Below are positions 28,860 through 38,924 of a DNA stretch of 64,000 nt, one piece after another. The notes beneath the pieces were generated by a model. The model did not search any database. It saw only the letters and a program-made list of their open reading frames with translations, and was not told the DNA's origin. The first letter of the stretch is position 1. Every line of letters starts with the position of its first letter. Source of the stretch: Candidatus Omnitrophota bacterium (GTDB taxonomy: Bacteria; Omnitrophota; Gorgyraeia; B26-G9). The translations under genes and the position numbers were made by a program. The stretch spans positions 31,899 through 95,898 of the forward strand of contig JBDRJV010000037.1 of the NCBI GenBank assembly GCA_043814605.1, read 5' to 3'.

Positions 28860-30458
28860 ATGCAACTAAAAAATGATATTAAGAAAATAGTATTAGTCCG
28901 TGCTCCGAAACATATGTGGCCATGGGTTAATGAATCAGACAATTTTCTATTACCATTAGGTTTACCGATTCTTGCTGCTGCAATAAGAAATCAATTTAAA
29001 AATAAAATTGAAGTAAAAATTATTGATTGTCCTCCGTTAAAGATTGGATGGGAAAGTTTAGAACAGATATTAAAGGAAGAGAAAGCGGATGTTATCGGAG
29101 CGGGAGAGGAAGCATTATATCATCATGAGGCCATAAGACTTTTTGAAATATCTAAAAGAATTAACCCTAATGTGATCAATATCGCCGGCGGACATTATTT
29201 TTCCTGGATGGTTAAAGATAGCTTGAAAAATCATCCCATTGATATTATTGTTAAATTTGAAGGAGAGCAGACAATTGTAGATTTGATTGATGCGCTAAAA
29301 CAAAGGCGGGATTTAAACTCTGTCCCGGGAATAGCTTTTAAGAAAAACAGCCAAATTATTGAAACTCAAGCTCGGCCAATTATTCAAAATCTTGATGAGC
29401 TGCCTATCCCTGCCTATGATTTAATGCCCATGCGTAAATATGGTGATAGAGCCATTTTTTGGCCGGAAAGTGCCACGATTGAAGGCAGCCGGGGGTGTAT
29501 AGATACTTGCAGTTATTGCTCATTATGGACATTTTGGGGGAAACACAATAACTCGGGATGCCGAGAAGATAAAATTAAGGCAACGCCTTTTTTTCGGCAA
29601 AAAAGTATTGATCATGTAATGCAGGAAATAGAGATTCTTTATGAAAAATATAATCGCCGATTGCTTTTATGGGCAGATCCGACTTTTAATGTTAATCCGG
29701 AGTGGACAGATAAACTTTGTGATGAAATATTAAGGAGAAATTACAAGTTAGAACATTGGGTATTTTTGCGTACTGATTATGCTTTAAGAGATGAAAAAAC
29801 CGGACTCTTAGCAAAAATGGTGCGTGCTGGTATTGTACATCCACTTTTTGGTGTAGAAAGATCTCATGCTGATGAGTGGAATAAGTTAGGAAAACATGGA
29901 TATAAAAGAGATGAGATTAAAGAGTTATTTCATATAATGAGAGATAAATATCCGCAAATTTTCCGGCAGGCAACTTTTATTACATGTTTACCTTTTGATG
30001 ATGAAAAATCAATGATGAATTTAGCTAAATATGCGGTTGAAATTGATTGTGATTTTCCGGTTTTGCATCCAGCGACGCCTGTACCGGGAACATACCTTTA
30101 TGAAGAGGTGATCAAAAATAATTTTCTTGAAGAAAAAGATCTTAAAGAAGCTTATTGGGAGTATCCATTACTAAAGAATATTCATGGATTATCCAGAACA
30201 GAGCAGGCTCGTTTAAATAGAAAAGCACAATTATATTGCATCCTAATGAATTTTAAAACTATGTTCAAAGGTATTTTCTCAAAATATCCGAGTAAAAGAT
30301 TTCGTTACCGTGAAGTATTAAGAGTTTTAATTTTAAAATCGTTTCAAATGTTTTCTTTGAAGGTTAAAGAATTATTTAATAAACCAACCGATTTAGAAAA
30401 GAAAATTCCTCAGTCGCTATTTTTTATTATGGAAAAGCCTAAGTGGTATGATAAATAG
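28860..30458 (+). CDS. B12-binding-domain radical SAM protein
   Basis: N-terminal B12-binding-like Rossmann region, then EGSRGCIDTCSYCS (CxxxCxxC). Confidence 0.75.
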   Translation: MQLKNDIKKIVLVRAPKHMWPWVNESDNFLLPLGLPILAAAIRNQFKNKIEVKIIDCPPLKIGWESLEQILKEEKADVIGAGEEALYHHEAIRLFEISKRINPNVINIAGGHYFSWMVKDSLKNHPIDIIVKFEGEQTIVDLIDALKQRRDLNSVPGIAFKKNSQIIETQARPIIQNLDELPIPAYDLMPMRKYGDRAIFWPESATIEGSRGCIDTCSYCSLWTFWGKHNNSGCREDKIKATPFFRQKSIDHVMQEIEILYEKYNRRLLLWADPTFNVNPEWTDKLCDEILRRNYKLEHWVFLRTDYALRDEKTGLLAKMVRAGIVHPLFGVERSHADEWNKLGKHGYKRDEIKELFHIMRDKYPQIFRQATFITCLPFDDEKSMMNLAKYAVEIDCDFPVLHPATPVPGTYLYEEVIKNNFLEEKDLKEAYWEYPLLKNIHGLSRTEQARLNRKAQLYCILMNFKTMFKGIFSKYPSKRFRYREVLRVLILKSFQMFSLKVKELFNKPTDLEKKIPQSLFFIMEKPKWYDK

Positions 30459-31851
30459 AAATTATTGCAAAAACGGGAACAATAAAAATAATATTATTCG
30501 CAAGACTACAAGCAGATGTGTTGTTTGTTCACAACCAGTTGATGCATCGCTTATTAAAGTTTTGGATAAAGTATTTTTAGAAAAATTTTGTCCGGTACAT
30601 GGAAGTTTTTGTCTGCTGATTTCTGAACATGCAGATGAATATATGGATTTAGAAAAATTTTATTTTAATGTTAGCGAAAATAATCTTAATTTTTGGGCCT
30701 TAGAAGTAGATTTAACATTTGAATGTAATATGGAATGTCCAATTTGTGCTTGGGGTGAGGATGTGGGAATAGGCAAGACTAATAATCAGCCTGTAATGGA
30801 TGAAATAAAGCGGCTGTTAATTAAAACTAAAGCAAAAGTTATTAGATTCTCAGGAGGAGAGCCTACTTGTAGGAATGATTTGTTTGATATTATTAAAATG
30901 GCAAAAAAGTTAAATAAAAAAATTATTTTAAATACAAATGGTTTGAAATTAGCTAATTTTGAATATGTAAAAAAGTTAAAACAGAGCGGAGTTGATTGTG
31001 TTAATTTAACTTTTGATGGTTTTAATATAGAATTTGAAAGAAACATGAGAGGAAATAATTATTTAGAACCGAAACTTAAGGCGCTAGAAAATTTAAATAG
31101 TCTTTGTTTACCAACAGGATTAAATATTAGGGTTGTCCCAGAGGGGAATGAAGCTGAAATACCTAAAATTATTGATTTGGCTAAAAACAATAAAAATATT
31201 AAACTGCTTAGTTTCGGAACAGTTGGCTATTTGGGACATGCACAGAAGCGGAACATTAAAAAATACTTAATGCCAGATCAATTAGTAGATATTGTTGTTG
31301 AGAATGCCTGTGGTTTAATTTCTCGAGAAAGTATTCGATTATTTCAAAAGTTTTTTATTACGGTTAATTCTTTTTTTACGCAGCGTTGGTGTTTCTATGA
31401 TTCTGCAGCAATTATTTTAGTGCGGGATAAAGATAGTTTGGTTACATTGGATAAATATATTGATCTGCATGATTTAGAAAAGATTTTAGATAATTACGCG
31501 GATAAGTATAAACATAATAAAATATTAGCTAAAATATGTTTATTATTGGGTGGGATTAAAGTTTTTTTTAAGATAAAAAATTTAAGAGTAATAAAAGAAA
31601 TTGTTTTCAGAGGAATTAGTTTTTTTATGCAGAAAAAAAAATACTTAAACTCACAATTATTAATTTATGTAAGTATTAATACTAGTTGTGATCGGTATAA
31701 AATGGATGATATGATTGCTAAAAATTGTATTTTTTCAATGGCCTTTAAAGATGAAAACAATAAACTAAGCATTAAAGGCAGCGGTGCTTTTATTTGTGAT
31801 AAAATTTCTAGTTCAAGTAATAAGAATCAGTTAAAATTTATGGGCATTTAA
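30448..31851 (+). CDS. Zinc-ribbon-fused radical SAM enzyme (paralog 5 of 6, divergent)
   Basis: CVVC...CPVHG, CNMECPIC, SGGEPTCRNDL, NTNGLKL. Confidence 0.75.
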   Translation: MINRNYCKNGNNKNNIIRKTTSRCVVCSQPVDASLIKVLDKVFLEKFCPVHGSFCLLISEHADEYMDLEKFYFNVSENNLNFWALEVDLTFECNMECPICAWGEDVGIGKTNNQPVMDEIKRLLIKTKAKVIRFSGGEPTCRNDLFDIIKMAKKLNKKIILNTNGLKLANFEYVKKLKQSGVDCVNLTFDGFNIEFERNMRGNNYLEPKLKALENLNSLCLPTGLNIRVVPEGNEAEIPKIIDLAKNNKNIKLLSFGTVGYLGHAQKRNIKKYLMPDQLVDIVVENACGLISRESIRLFQKFFITVNSFFTQRWCFYDSAAIILVRDKDSLVTLDKYIDLHDLEKILDNYADKYKHNKILAKICLLLGGIKVFFKIKNLRVIKEIVFRGISFFMQKKKYLNSQLLIYVSINTSCDRYKMDDMIAKNCIFSMAFKDENNKLSIKGSGAFICDKISSSSNKNQLKFMGI

Positions 31852-31865
31852 AAAGAGGAAAACTA

Positions 31866-32933
31866 ATGTTAAAAACGATTCAACATTCATTTCCGCTAAT
31901 CGGTAATGCTGAGAAAAATGCTCTCAATAAGGTGTTAAATACGAGCTTTCTGGCTCAAGGCAGAGAAGTTGAGAAGTTTGAAAAAGGTGTATCCGAATAT
32001 GTTGGATGTTTTCATGCCCAAGCTGTTAATTCGGGTACAGCAGCTTTGCATTTGGCGCTATTAGCTTTAGACATTAAAGCTGGGGATGAGGTAATTATAC
32101 CTAACTATGTGTGTCGGTCAGTATTAAACGCTGTGCAATATGCTAGAGCACGGCCGGTCTTATGTGATGTGGATAAACGCACATTTAACATATTACCAGC
32201 AGCTCTTAAGTCAAAAATTAATAAAAGAGCAAAAGCTGTAATTGTAGCGCATATGTTTGGCTTTCCGGCTCAGATGGATGAATTAAAAAAAATAAGAATC
32301 CCGATTATTGAAGATTGCGCACAAAGTATCGGAGCTGATTTTAAAGGAAAACTTGTGGGTAGTTTTGGAGATTTATCTATTTTTTCATTTGAAGGGACAA
32401 AAACAATTACTACCGGAGAAGGAGGTATGATTTTAACTAATTCCCAGAAATTATCAAATAAAATTACTAGATTTAAAGAGCCTTATGAGAAAGATCAAAT
32501 GCCTAAATATACATTTCGAATGAGTGATTTACAGGCAGCCATTGGCAGAGTTCAGTTAAAAAAATTACCCGGTTTTATTTTTAGAAGAAGAAAAATTGCA
32601 CAAATTTATAGAAAAGCATTTAAAAATTTAAAGGTTGATTTACCATTTGAAAATGATAATATGATTCATTCTTATCATCGATTTATAATTAGTCTAAAAA
32701 AGAAAAATCAAATAAATAAAGTCATTAATTATTGTCAAAAAAAAAGGGTAATGGTGAAAAGGCCGATTAAACATTATGCGCTTAACCAATATTTAGGCAT
32801 ATCAAATAAATTATTTCCGAATACGGATTTTATAATGAAACATTGTATTTCGATCCCCATATATCCAGCTTTAAGCGAAGCAGAAATTATGAGAATAATT
32901 AAAGTAGTTAAAGACGGGGTAAGTCAGTTGTGA
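31866..32933 (+). CDS. DegT/DnrJ/EryC1/StrS-family PLP-dependent sugar aminotransferase
   Basis: EDCAQSIGADFKGKLVGSFGDLSIFSF...K...GEGGMIL and DLQAAIGRVQLKKL. Confidence 0.8.
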   Translation: MLKTIQHSFPLIGNAEKNALNKVLNTSFLAQGREVEKFEKGVSEYVGCFHAQAVNSGTAALHLALLALDIKAGDEVIIPNYVCRSVLNAVQYARARPVLCDVDKRTFNILPAALKSKINKRAKAVIVAHMFGFPAQMDELKKIRIPIIEDCAQSIGADFKGKLVGSFGDLSIFSFEGTKTITTGEGGMILTNSQKLSNKITRFKEPYEKDQMPKYTFRMSDLQAAIGRVQLKKLPGFIFRRRKIAQIYRKAFKNLKVDLPFENDNMIHSYHRFIISLKKKNQINKVINYCQKKRVMVKRPIKHYALNQYLGISNKLFPNTDFIMKHCISIPIYPALSEAEIMRIIKVVKDGVSQL

Positions 32934-33895
32934 ATATAAAATATGATTTTAGAAATGAACGGGAAAAGAATTTTCCTTTGATGCTTAATTTGGAAATAAC
33001 TAATATCTGTAATTATCAATGTATACATTGTCCTTATCCAAGTATTTCTCAAAGAAAAGATTATACCCCTAAGTTTATGTCCTGGGAAATTTTTAAGAAA
33101 ATAGCTGATCAAACTGCTAATTATCCTGAGACAATTTTTAGATTTGTTTGTGATGGGGAACCAATGATGCACCCAGATTTTTTAAGAATGGTTGAATATG
33201 TTAAAAACTTAAAAATCAGTCCGGTTTGTTTTACTACTAACGGATATTTTTTAACCCCGGAGGTTTCTCGTAAAATAGTTGAATTTGGTTGTGACCTTAT
33301 CGAAATAAGTTTAGATGCTTTTTCAGAGTATAGTTATAATAAAATCCGCCGGGGTGGAAATTATCATAAAGTTATTGATAACCTTAATTATCTTATCCAG
33401 TCAAAAAATGAACTATCTGCAAAGAGTTCAAAGATTATGGTTAGTATTATAGATCAGCCTTTAGTTAAAAATGAGATAACTACATTTAAGAATTTTTGGC
33501 AGGATAAGGTAGATTATGTGATTACAAGAGTATTAACGAGTGCGGGCGGGTTTATTAAGGAATCTATTCGAGATAATAAAACTGATGTGGAAATACGATG
33601 GCCTTGTCCTTTATTATGGCGGAGATTGTTTATTAATGTAGATGGTTGGGCTGAATATTGTGTGGATGATTGGTTAGATCAATCGATTTTAGGTGATGTA
33701 AATAAAGAGAGTATTGCCTCTATCTGGGGAGGCCAAAAATATCGAGATTTAAGAAAAAATCACATAAATAATAATTTTAGTTACAATGAAAAGTGTGCAC
33801 AATGTCAGGATTGGAGAGCCAGAACCTGGGAAAATGATTATTTTCATGCAATAGAGAGGATTTTTAATTTAAATTTTAAAAATGAGAATTATTGA
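32930..33895 (+). CDS. Radical SAM / SPASM-domain protein
   Basis: EITNICNYQCIHCP (CxxxCxxC). A downstream Cys-rich region (CPLLW...C...CAQCQ) is consistent with SPASM/twitch clusters. Confidence 0.75.
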   Translation: MNIKYDFRNEREKNFPLMLNLEITNICNYQCIHCPYPSISQRKDYTPKFMSWEIFKKIADQTANYPETIFRFVCDGEPMMHPDFLRMVEYVKNLKISPVCFTTNGYFLTPEVSRKIVEFGCDLIEISLDAFSEYSYNKIRRGGNYHKVIDNLNYLIQSKNELSAKSSKIMVSIIDQPLVKNEITTFKNFWQDKVDYVITRVLTSAGGFIKESIRDNKTDVEIRWPCPLLWRRLFINVDGWAEYCVDDWLDQSILGDVNKESIASIWGGQKYRDLRKNHINNNFSYNEKCAQCQDWRARTWENDYFHAIERIFNLNFKNENY

Positions 33896-35222
33896 TAGTA
33901 CAAAAAGCTTATGTCCGGTTTGTTTACAATGGATTGATTCTGCGGTAGTTACAAAAGATGACCATAAAGTATATTTAGAAAAAAAATGTCCGGAACATAA
34001 AGGAAGTTTGGTGTTTCTTTCTCCGGATGCAGAAGGATTTATTGTTTTAAGAGATTTCTACTTTCAAACTCATCAAAAAATATTTCCCCAAACTCGCTAC
34101 CTTTGTTTTTTAACCCCTAAGTGCAACCTTTCTTGTCCAATTTGTTTTTTGGATTCAGGAATGCAGGATAAAGAAGATATTAATAGGAAAGACTTAGTTA
34201 GGTTTTTGAATAATGGCAAAAAAGAAATAATTATTTTTGGAGCAGAGCCAACTTGCCGTAAAGATATTTTTGAAATAATCAGTTTTCTTAAAAAAAAGCA
34301 GCATTCGGTGAGTCTATACACTAATGGGATAAAATTAGTTGATTATAAATATGCGGAGAAGATTAAGCAAACAAAAGTAAACAAAATATATTTTCAATTT
34401 GATGGTTTTGATGATTCTATTTATGAGGTTTTACGTAAAGTAAAGCTCAAAGATCTCAAGATTAAGGCATTAGATAATTTAAAAAAAATTAATATGCCTG
34501 TGGTTTTAGATGTTGCCTTAGCCAGAGATGTTAATATTAACCAAATGGGATCTATTTTTGAATACGCTCTGAATAACAATTTTATTAAAACAATAAACTA
34601 TATCGCTTATGTGCGTTCTGGTGGAGGAGGAAAATATCTAGCGAATCAAGCAATTATGCCGGATGAATTAATAGACGAAATAAGTAAAGCTACAAAAATG
34701 AGAATAAACAGAGTTAATATGAGAATTTTTCAGAAGTTATTATATGTGTATATGTCAACTTTAAAGAAAAGAACATGTTTTTATATTAAATATTTTTGGG
34801 TTTTCCGCACAGAAAATAACCAGTATTTAACATTTGATCAAATAATTAATTTTGATATGCTAGAAAAAATATTAAATAAGTATGTATTATTAGTAAAAAA
34901 ACAAAATCAGATAATTGCTAGTATGTATTTAGTACTGAAACTTCCTTTTTTACTTTTTTCTATAAAAAACAATAAAGCTTTTTTTCAAATGCTGAAAATG
35001 ATTTTTTCGCATGTTTTTAATCGGGGAGATTATTCTTGCGTTAGGGGTGAGTTTTTACAACTAATATTTACTACTGCCTGTGATGTGGATAAGGCAGATT
35101 TGAAGATTTCGCAGCGTTGTCATGTGGGCATGATGTATAAAAATAAACAAGAAAAATTAGAAGTTTTTAATGAAAATGGTATGTATTTATTAAATCAGGA
35201 AATTCAGAAGAAAGGTGTTTAG
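33882..35222 (+). CDS. Zinc-ribbon-fused radical SAM enzyme (paralog 6 of 6, divergent)
   Basis: CPVC...CPEHKG, CNLSCPIC, FGAEPTCRKDI, YTNGIKL. Confidence 0.75.
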   Translation: MRIIDSTKSLCPVCLQWIDSAVVTKDDHKVYLEKKCPEHKGSLVFLSPDAEGFIVLRDFYFQTHQKIFPQTRYLCFLTPKCNLSCPICFLDSGMQDKEDINRKDLVRFLNNGKKEIIIFGAEPTCRKDIFEIISFLKKKQHSVSLYTNGIKLVDYKYAEKIKQTKVNKIYFQFDGFDDSIYEVLRKVKLKDLKIKALDNLKKINMPVVLDVALARDVNINQMGSIFEYALNNNFIKTINYIAYVRSGGGGKYLANQAIMPDELIDEISKATKMRINRVNMRIFQKLLYVYMSTLKKRTCFYIKYFWVFRTENNQYLTFDQIINFDMLEKILNKYVLLVKKQNQIIASMYLVLKLPFLLFSIKNNKAFFQMLKMIFSHVFNRGDYSCVRGEFLQLIFTTACDVDKADLKISQRCHVGMMYKNKQEKLEVFNENGMYLLNQEIQKKGV

Positions 35223-35227
35223 CTAAA

Positions 35228-36715
35228 ATGCGGATTGGATTTATTTATTCTGAAATGGAAACACTGGGTATCCAATATTTATCTAGTTTTTTAAAACAAA
35301 ATGGATATACAACCAAGCTTTTTTTTGATCCGCAATTATTTGCAGATACAATTTCTCAGAGCAAGTCTTTAAACAAGGTCTTTGACTATAAAAAACAATT
35401 ATTCAAGCAGATAGAAGCATTTAAGCCGGATTTTTTAGCATTTTCTGTTTTAAGTACTAACTACCATTGGGCATTTAAATTTACAAAAGAAATAAAAGCA
35501 AGGTTGAACATTCCTATTGTTTGGGGGGGGGTTCATCCTACTTTAGACCCGGAATCTGTTTTAAAACTTGATTGTGTGGATTATATAATAGCGGGAGAAG
35601 CAGAAGAAGCATTGCTTGAGTTTGTTAATAAATTTAAGAATAAGAATTCTCTGAGTAAATTGAGAAATGTATATACAAAGGTTAATGGAAAAATTATAAA
35701 AAATTTATTAAGGCCATTAATAAATAATTTAGATCAATTACCTTTTCCGGATAAAGATATATTTTATGACATTATGCCATATTTAAAAGATCATTATACA
35801 ATTGTAACGGGAAGAGGATGTCCGCATGCGTGTACTTTTTGTTGCAATCACAGTTTAAGGAAAATAAATGAGCAAAATAGTGGGAAAAATAATTTTTTAA
35901 GACGTAGATCAGCAGACAATGTGGTTACTGAATTAAAGCAAGCTAAAGAAAAATATCATATCAAAGATGTTTTTTTTGAGGATAGTACTTTTACTTACGA
36001 TAAAAAGTGGTTGAAGGAATTTGCAATCTTGTACCATGATTCAATTAATTTGAATTGCTTTTGCTGGGTTCATCCGGCTGAAATTGATGAGGAAGTAGTA
36101 GGATACTTAAGATTAATGAATTGCCGTGCTGTTGAAATGGGAGTAGAAAGTATAAACTCAGAGATTAGGGCCAAATGGTTAGGGCGTAACTATCCCAATG
36201 AGAAGATTGAAAACGCATTAAAATTATTAAAGAAAAATAAGATTTTTTGCATCACAGATAATATTATCGGATTACCCGAAGAAGAAATAAAAGATTTAGA
36301 AAATTTAGTAGATTTTTATAATAAATTACGGCCTGAAAAAATTTATATATTTGAACTAAGAATGTTTCCAAATACTCAGATGCATGAATTGTATCATGAT
36401 TATCAAGACAGCTTTAAAGAAAACAATGATGGATTGTCCCCGTTTACGTTATCTTCTTCACAGAACAAAATGGCGAAAAAAATTATTGTTTTAATTTTAG
36501 CGATACAATTTTTGCCTAAAAAAGTAATCAATTTTTTATTAAAAAATAAGTTATACAAGTTTTTCCCCGCTATAAATTTATATAATCTTTTAGAAATTAC
36601 GCCTTTTTTCTTGAATTTATTCAAAAGAGAAAAACTTTGGTTTCCCATTCGCGGAACAAGAAAAAGGTATTTATTTTTTGCTAAAAAGATGATTATAAAT
36701 TTTATTAAACGTTAA
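35228..36715 (+). CDS. B12-binding-domain radical SAM protein (paralog subfamily 'LGIEYLSA')
   Basis: LGIQYLSSFLKQNGY, TGRGCPHACTFCCN, C-terminal IQFLPKKVINFLLKNKLY. Confidence 0.8.
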   Translation: MRIGFIYSEMETLGIQYLSSFLKQNGYTTKLFFDPQLFADTISQSKSLNKVFDYKKQLFKQIEAFKPDFLAFSVLSTNYHWAFKFTKEIKARLNIPIVWGGVHPTLDPESVLKLDCVDYIIAGEAEEALLEFVNKFKNKNSLSKLRNVYTKVNGKIIKNLLRPLINNLDQLPFPDKDIFYDIMPYLKDHYTIVTGRGCPHACTFCCNHSLRKINEQNSGKNNFLRRRSADNVVTELKQAKEKYHIKDVFFEDSTFTYDKKWLKEFAILYHDSINLNCFCWVHPAEIDEEVVGYLRLMNCRAVEMGVESINSEIRAKWLGRNYPNEKIENALKLLKKNKIFCITDNIIGLPEEEIKDLENLVDFYNKLRPEKIYIFELRMFPNTQMHELYHDYQDSFKENNDGLSPFTLSSSQNKMAKKIIVLILAIQFLPKKVINFLLKNKLYKFFPAINLYNLLEITPFFLNLFKREKLWFPIRGTRKRYLFFAKKMIINFIKR

Positions 36716-36738
36716 GTAGTGATCAGTAAGGATAAATA

Positions 36739-38199
36739 ATGAAAGTTGCTTTTATTAGCTGCTCTAATGAAAGTTTAGGGATCGAATATTTATCAGCGTA
36801 TTTAAAACAGCAGGGACATAAAACTAGAGTTTTTATTGATCCCCAATTATTTAATGATGAACATTTAGATGTTCCTTTGGCTGCAAAAATTTTTAGTTAC
36901 CAAAAAAACCTAGTGAAAAAGGTCATTGATTATAATCCGGATTTAATCGGATTTTCTGTAGTTAGCGATTTTTATCATTGGGCTTGTGATTTAGCCCGAG
37001 AATTTAAAAAACATCTAAATGTACCGATAATTTTTGGCGGTATCCATGCGAGTTCTGTCCCGGAAGAAGTGATTAAAAATAAATTTGTAGATATGGTTTG
37101 CATTGGTGAAGGGGAAGAAGCTTTAGCTGAGGTTGTTAATCGATTAGAAAATAGACAAAATCCGGTTGATGTTTTGAATGTTTGGGCAAAAAAAGATGGC
37201 AATATTATTAAAAATAAATTACGACCATTGATAAATGATTTAGATCATATCCCTTATCCAGATAAGAAAATATATTATGATACAAGCTTTCATTTTCAAA
37301 TAGGTTATTATACAATAGCCAGCCGAGGTTGTCTTTATACTTGTACATATTGTCATCACTCATTTTTGAGAACAATTTATCCTCATTCTGATTATTATCG
37401 TGTTCGTAGTGTAGGCAATATCATAGAAGAATTATCCATTAATTTTGATAAAAAAAAACATAAAGTTATCCGTTTTTCCGATGATATTTTCCCTTTTAAA
37501 GAAGAGTGGTTAAAGGAATTTGCAGATAAATTTAAGGCGCGTATAAATGCTCCGTTTATTTGTTATATTCATCCGGACACTATTAATCCAGAAAATATTG
37601 ATTTATTAAAAAAAAGCGGATGCGTGGAAGTACAATTAGGAATCCAGACTCTCTATGAGCAGACTCAGAAAAAAATACTAAACAGAAATATTTCTCAAAA
37701 AAGATGGCAGGAAGTATTTTTATTGCTTTATAATGCAAACATTAAAATTACAGCAGAAAATATATTAGGTATTCCCAATCAGGAAATTTGTGAAATTGAA
37801 GATTTAATTAGGTTTTACTGTTATAATAAAGCTGATCGAATTCAGGTTTTTTGGCTTAAATTTTATCCTAAAACAAAAATTAAAGAGTTTATTAACCAAA
37901 TTGACAAAAATACGCAAGTGGATAACTCAAATAAAGAGAAAACTTTTACACAAGGCGGTGATATTTTTACAAAGGAACTTGCCAAATTAAGAATTATTTT
38001 TTGTTTATTGCATTTTCTGCCCCCTAAAGTAATTGAATGGCTGCTTGCTAATAAAAGATATCAATCTTGTTTTTTAATCCCTTTATGGATTTTAAATTTA
38101 ATATCGAATTTTACGAGTAAAGTTGCTTCTGATAAAATCACACGCAAAAGGGAGTGGATGAAATACTTAATCTTTGTCCAGAGAAGGTTTATTCGGTAA
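36739..38199 (+). CDS. B12-binding-domain radical SAM protein (paralog subfamily 'LGIEYLSA')
   Basis: LGIEYLSAYLKQQGH, ASRGCLYTCTYCHH, C-terminal LHFLPPKVIEWLLANKRY. Confidence 0.8.
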   Translation: MKVAFISCSNESLGIEYLSAYLKQQGHKTRVFIDPQLFNDEHLDVPLAAKIFSYQKNLVKKVIDYNPDLIGFSVVSDFYHWACDLAREFKKHLNVPIIFGGIHASSVPEEVIKNKFVDMVCIGEGEEALAEVVNRLENRQNPVDVLNVWAKKDGNIIKNKLRPLINDLDHIPYPDKKIYYDTSFHFQIGYYTIASRGCLYTCTYCHHSFLRTIYPHSDYYRVRSVGNIIEELSINFDKKKHKVIRFSDDIFPFKEEWLKEFADKFKARINAPFICYIHPDTINPENIDLLKKSGCVEVQLGIQTLYEQTQKKILNRNISQKRWQEVFLLLYNANIKITAENILGIPNQEICEIEDLIRFYCYNKADRIQVFWLKFYPKTKIKEFINQIDKNTQVDNSNKEKTFTQGGDIFTKELAKLRIIFCLLHFLPPKVIEWLLANKRYQSCFLIPLWILNLISNFTSKVASDKITRKREWMKYLIFVQRRFIR

Positions 38200-38918
38200 T
38201 GGTAGTTGATGAAATATCTTTAATTGTCCCTGTTTATAATGAGCAGGAATTAATTCAAGAAACAGTAGAAATATTTTTAACAGATTTATCAAATATCTGT
38301 AAAAATTATGAATTGATTATAGTTGATGATGCGAGCACAGATGAGACAGCAGAGATTTTAAAGAATCTGAAATCTAAATATCAACACCGGTTAATAGTTA
38401 TTACAAATGAGAAAAATATAGGTGGTGGCCGGAGTTTAATTAAGGGCTTTCACGCGGCTAGATATTCGCTTGTGGCAACAAACTTTGCGGATAGGCCATT
38501 TAATTTATTAGAACTTAAAAATATATTACCAAAATTTTTAAAGAATATTGATTTTATCGTTGTGGTCCGTAAAAATAGGTCCGCTAACAGTGTTTACCGT
38601 AAAATTACTTCTCTGATTAATTATTATTTAATTCGGCTGCTTTTTAATATAAAAGTTAAGGATTTCCAATTTGTCCAGATTTATAAAAGAGAAATATTAC
38701 AATCGATAAGCGTAGATTCCCACAGAACTTTTGTGCCCCCGGAAATTATTATTAGGCTGCTTTTGAATAATTACATTATGGATGAATATGAAGCCGATTT
38801 TTATCCGAGGACAAAAGGGATGGCTAAGTGCGGAAATCCGCGGATAATTTTAAGGGCAATTTATGATATGTTTTCTTTCTGGGTAAATTTAAATTTATTG
38901 AAAAAATATAGGGATTAA
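38199..38918 (+). CDS. GT2 polyprenyl-phosphate glycosyltransferase (ArnC / DPM1-like)
   Basis: The first ATG after the upstream stop is at 38199 (TAATG overlap). SLIVPVYNEQELIQ...ELIIVDDASTDETAEIL and the following region match DPM1/ArnC-type GT2 enzymes, which charge polyprenyl-phosphate with a sugar. Confidence 0.65.
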   Translation: MVVDEISLIVPVYNEQELIQETVEIFLTDLSNICKNYELIIVDDASTDETAEILKNLKSKYQHRLIVITNEKNIGGGRSLIKGFHAARYSLVATNFADRPFNLLELKNILPKFLKNIDFIVVVRKNRSANSVYRKITSLINYYLIRLLFNIKVKDFQFVQIYKREILQSISVDSHRTFVPPEIIIRLLLNNYIMDEYEADFYPRTKGMAKCGNPRIILRAIYDMFSFWVNLNLLKKYRD

Positions 38919-38924
38919 AGAATC

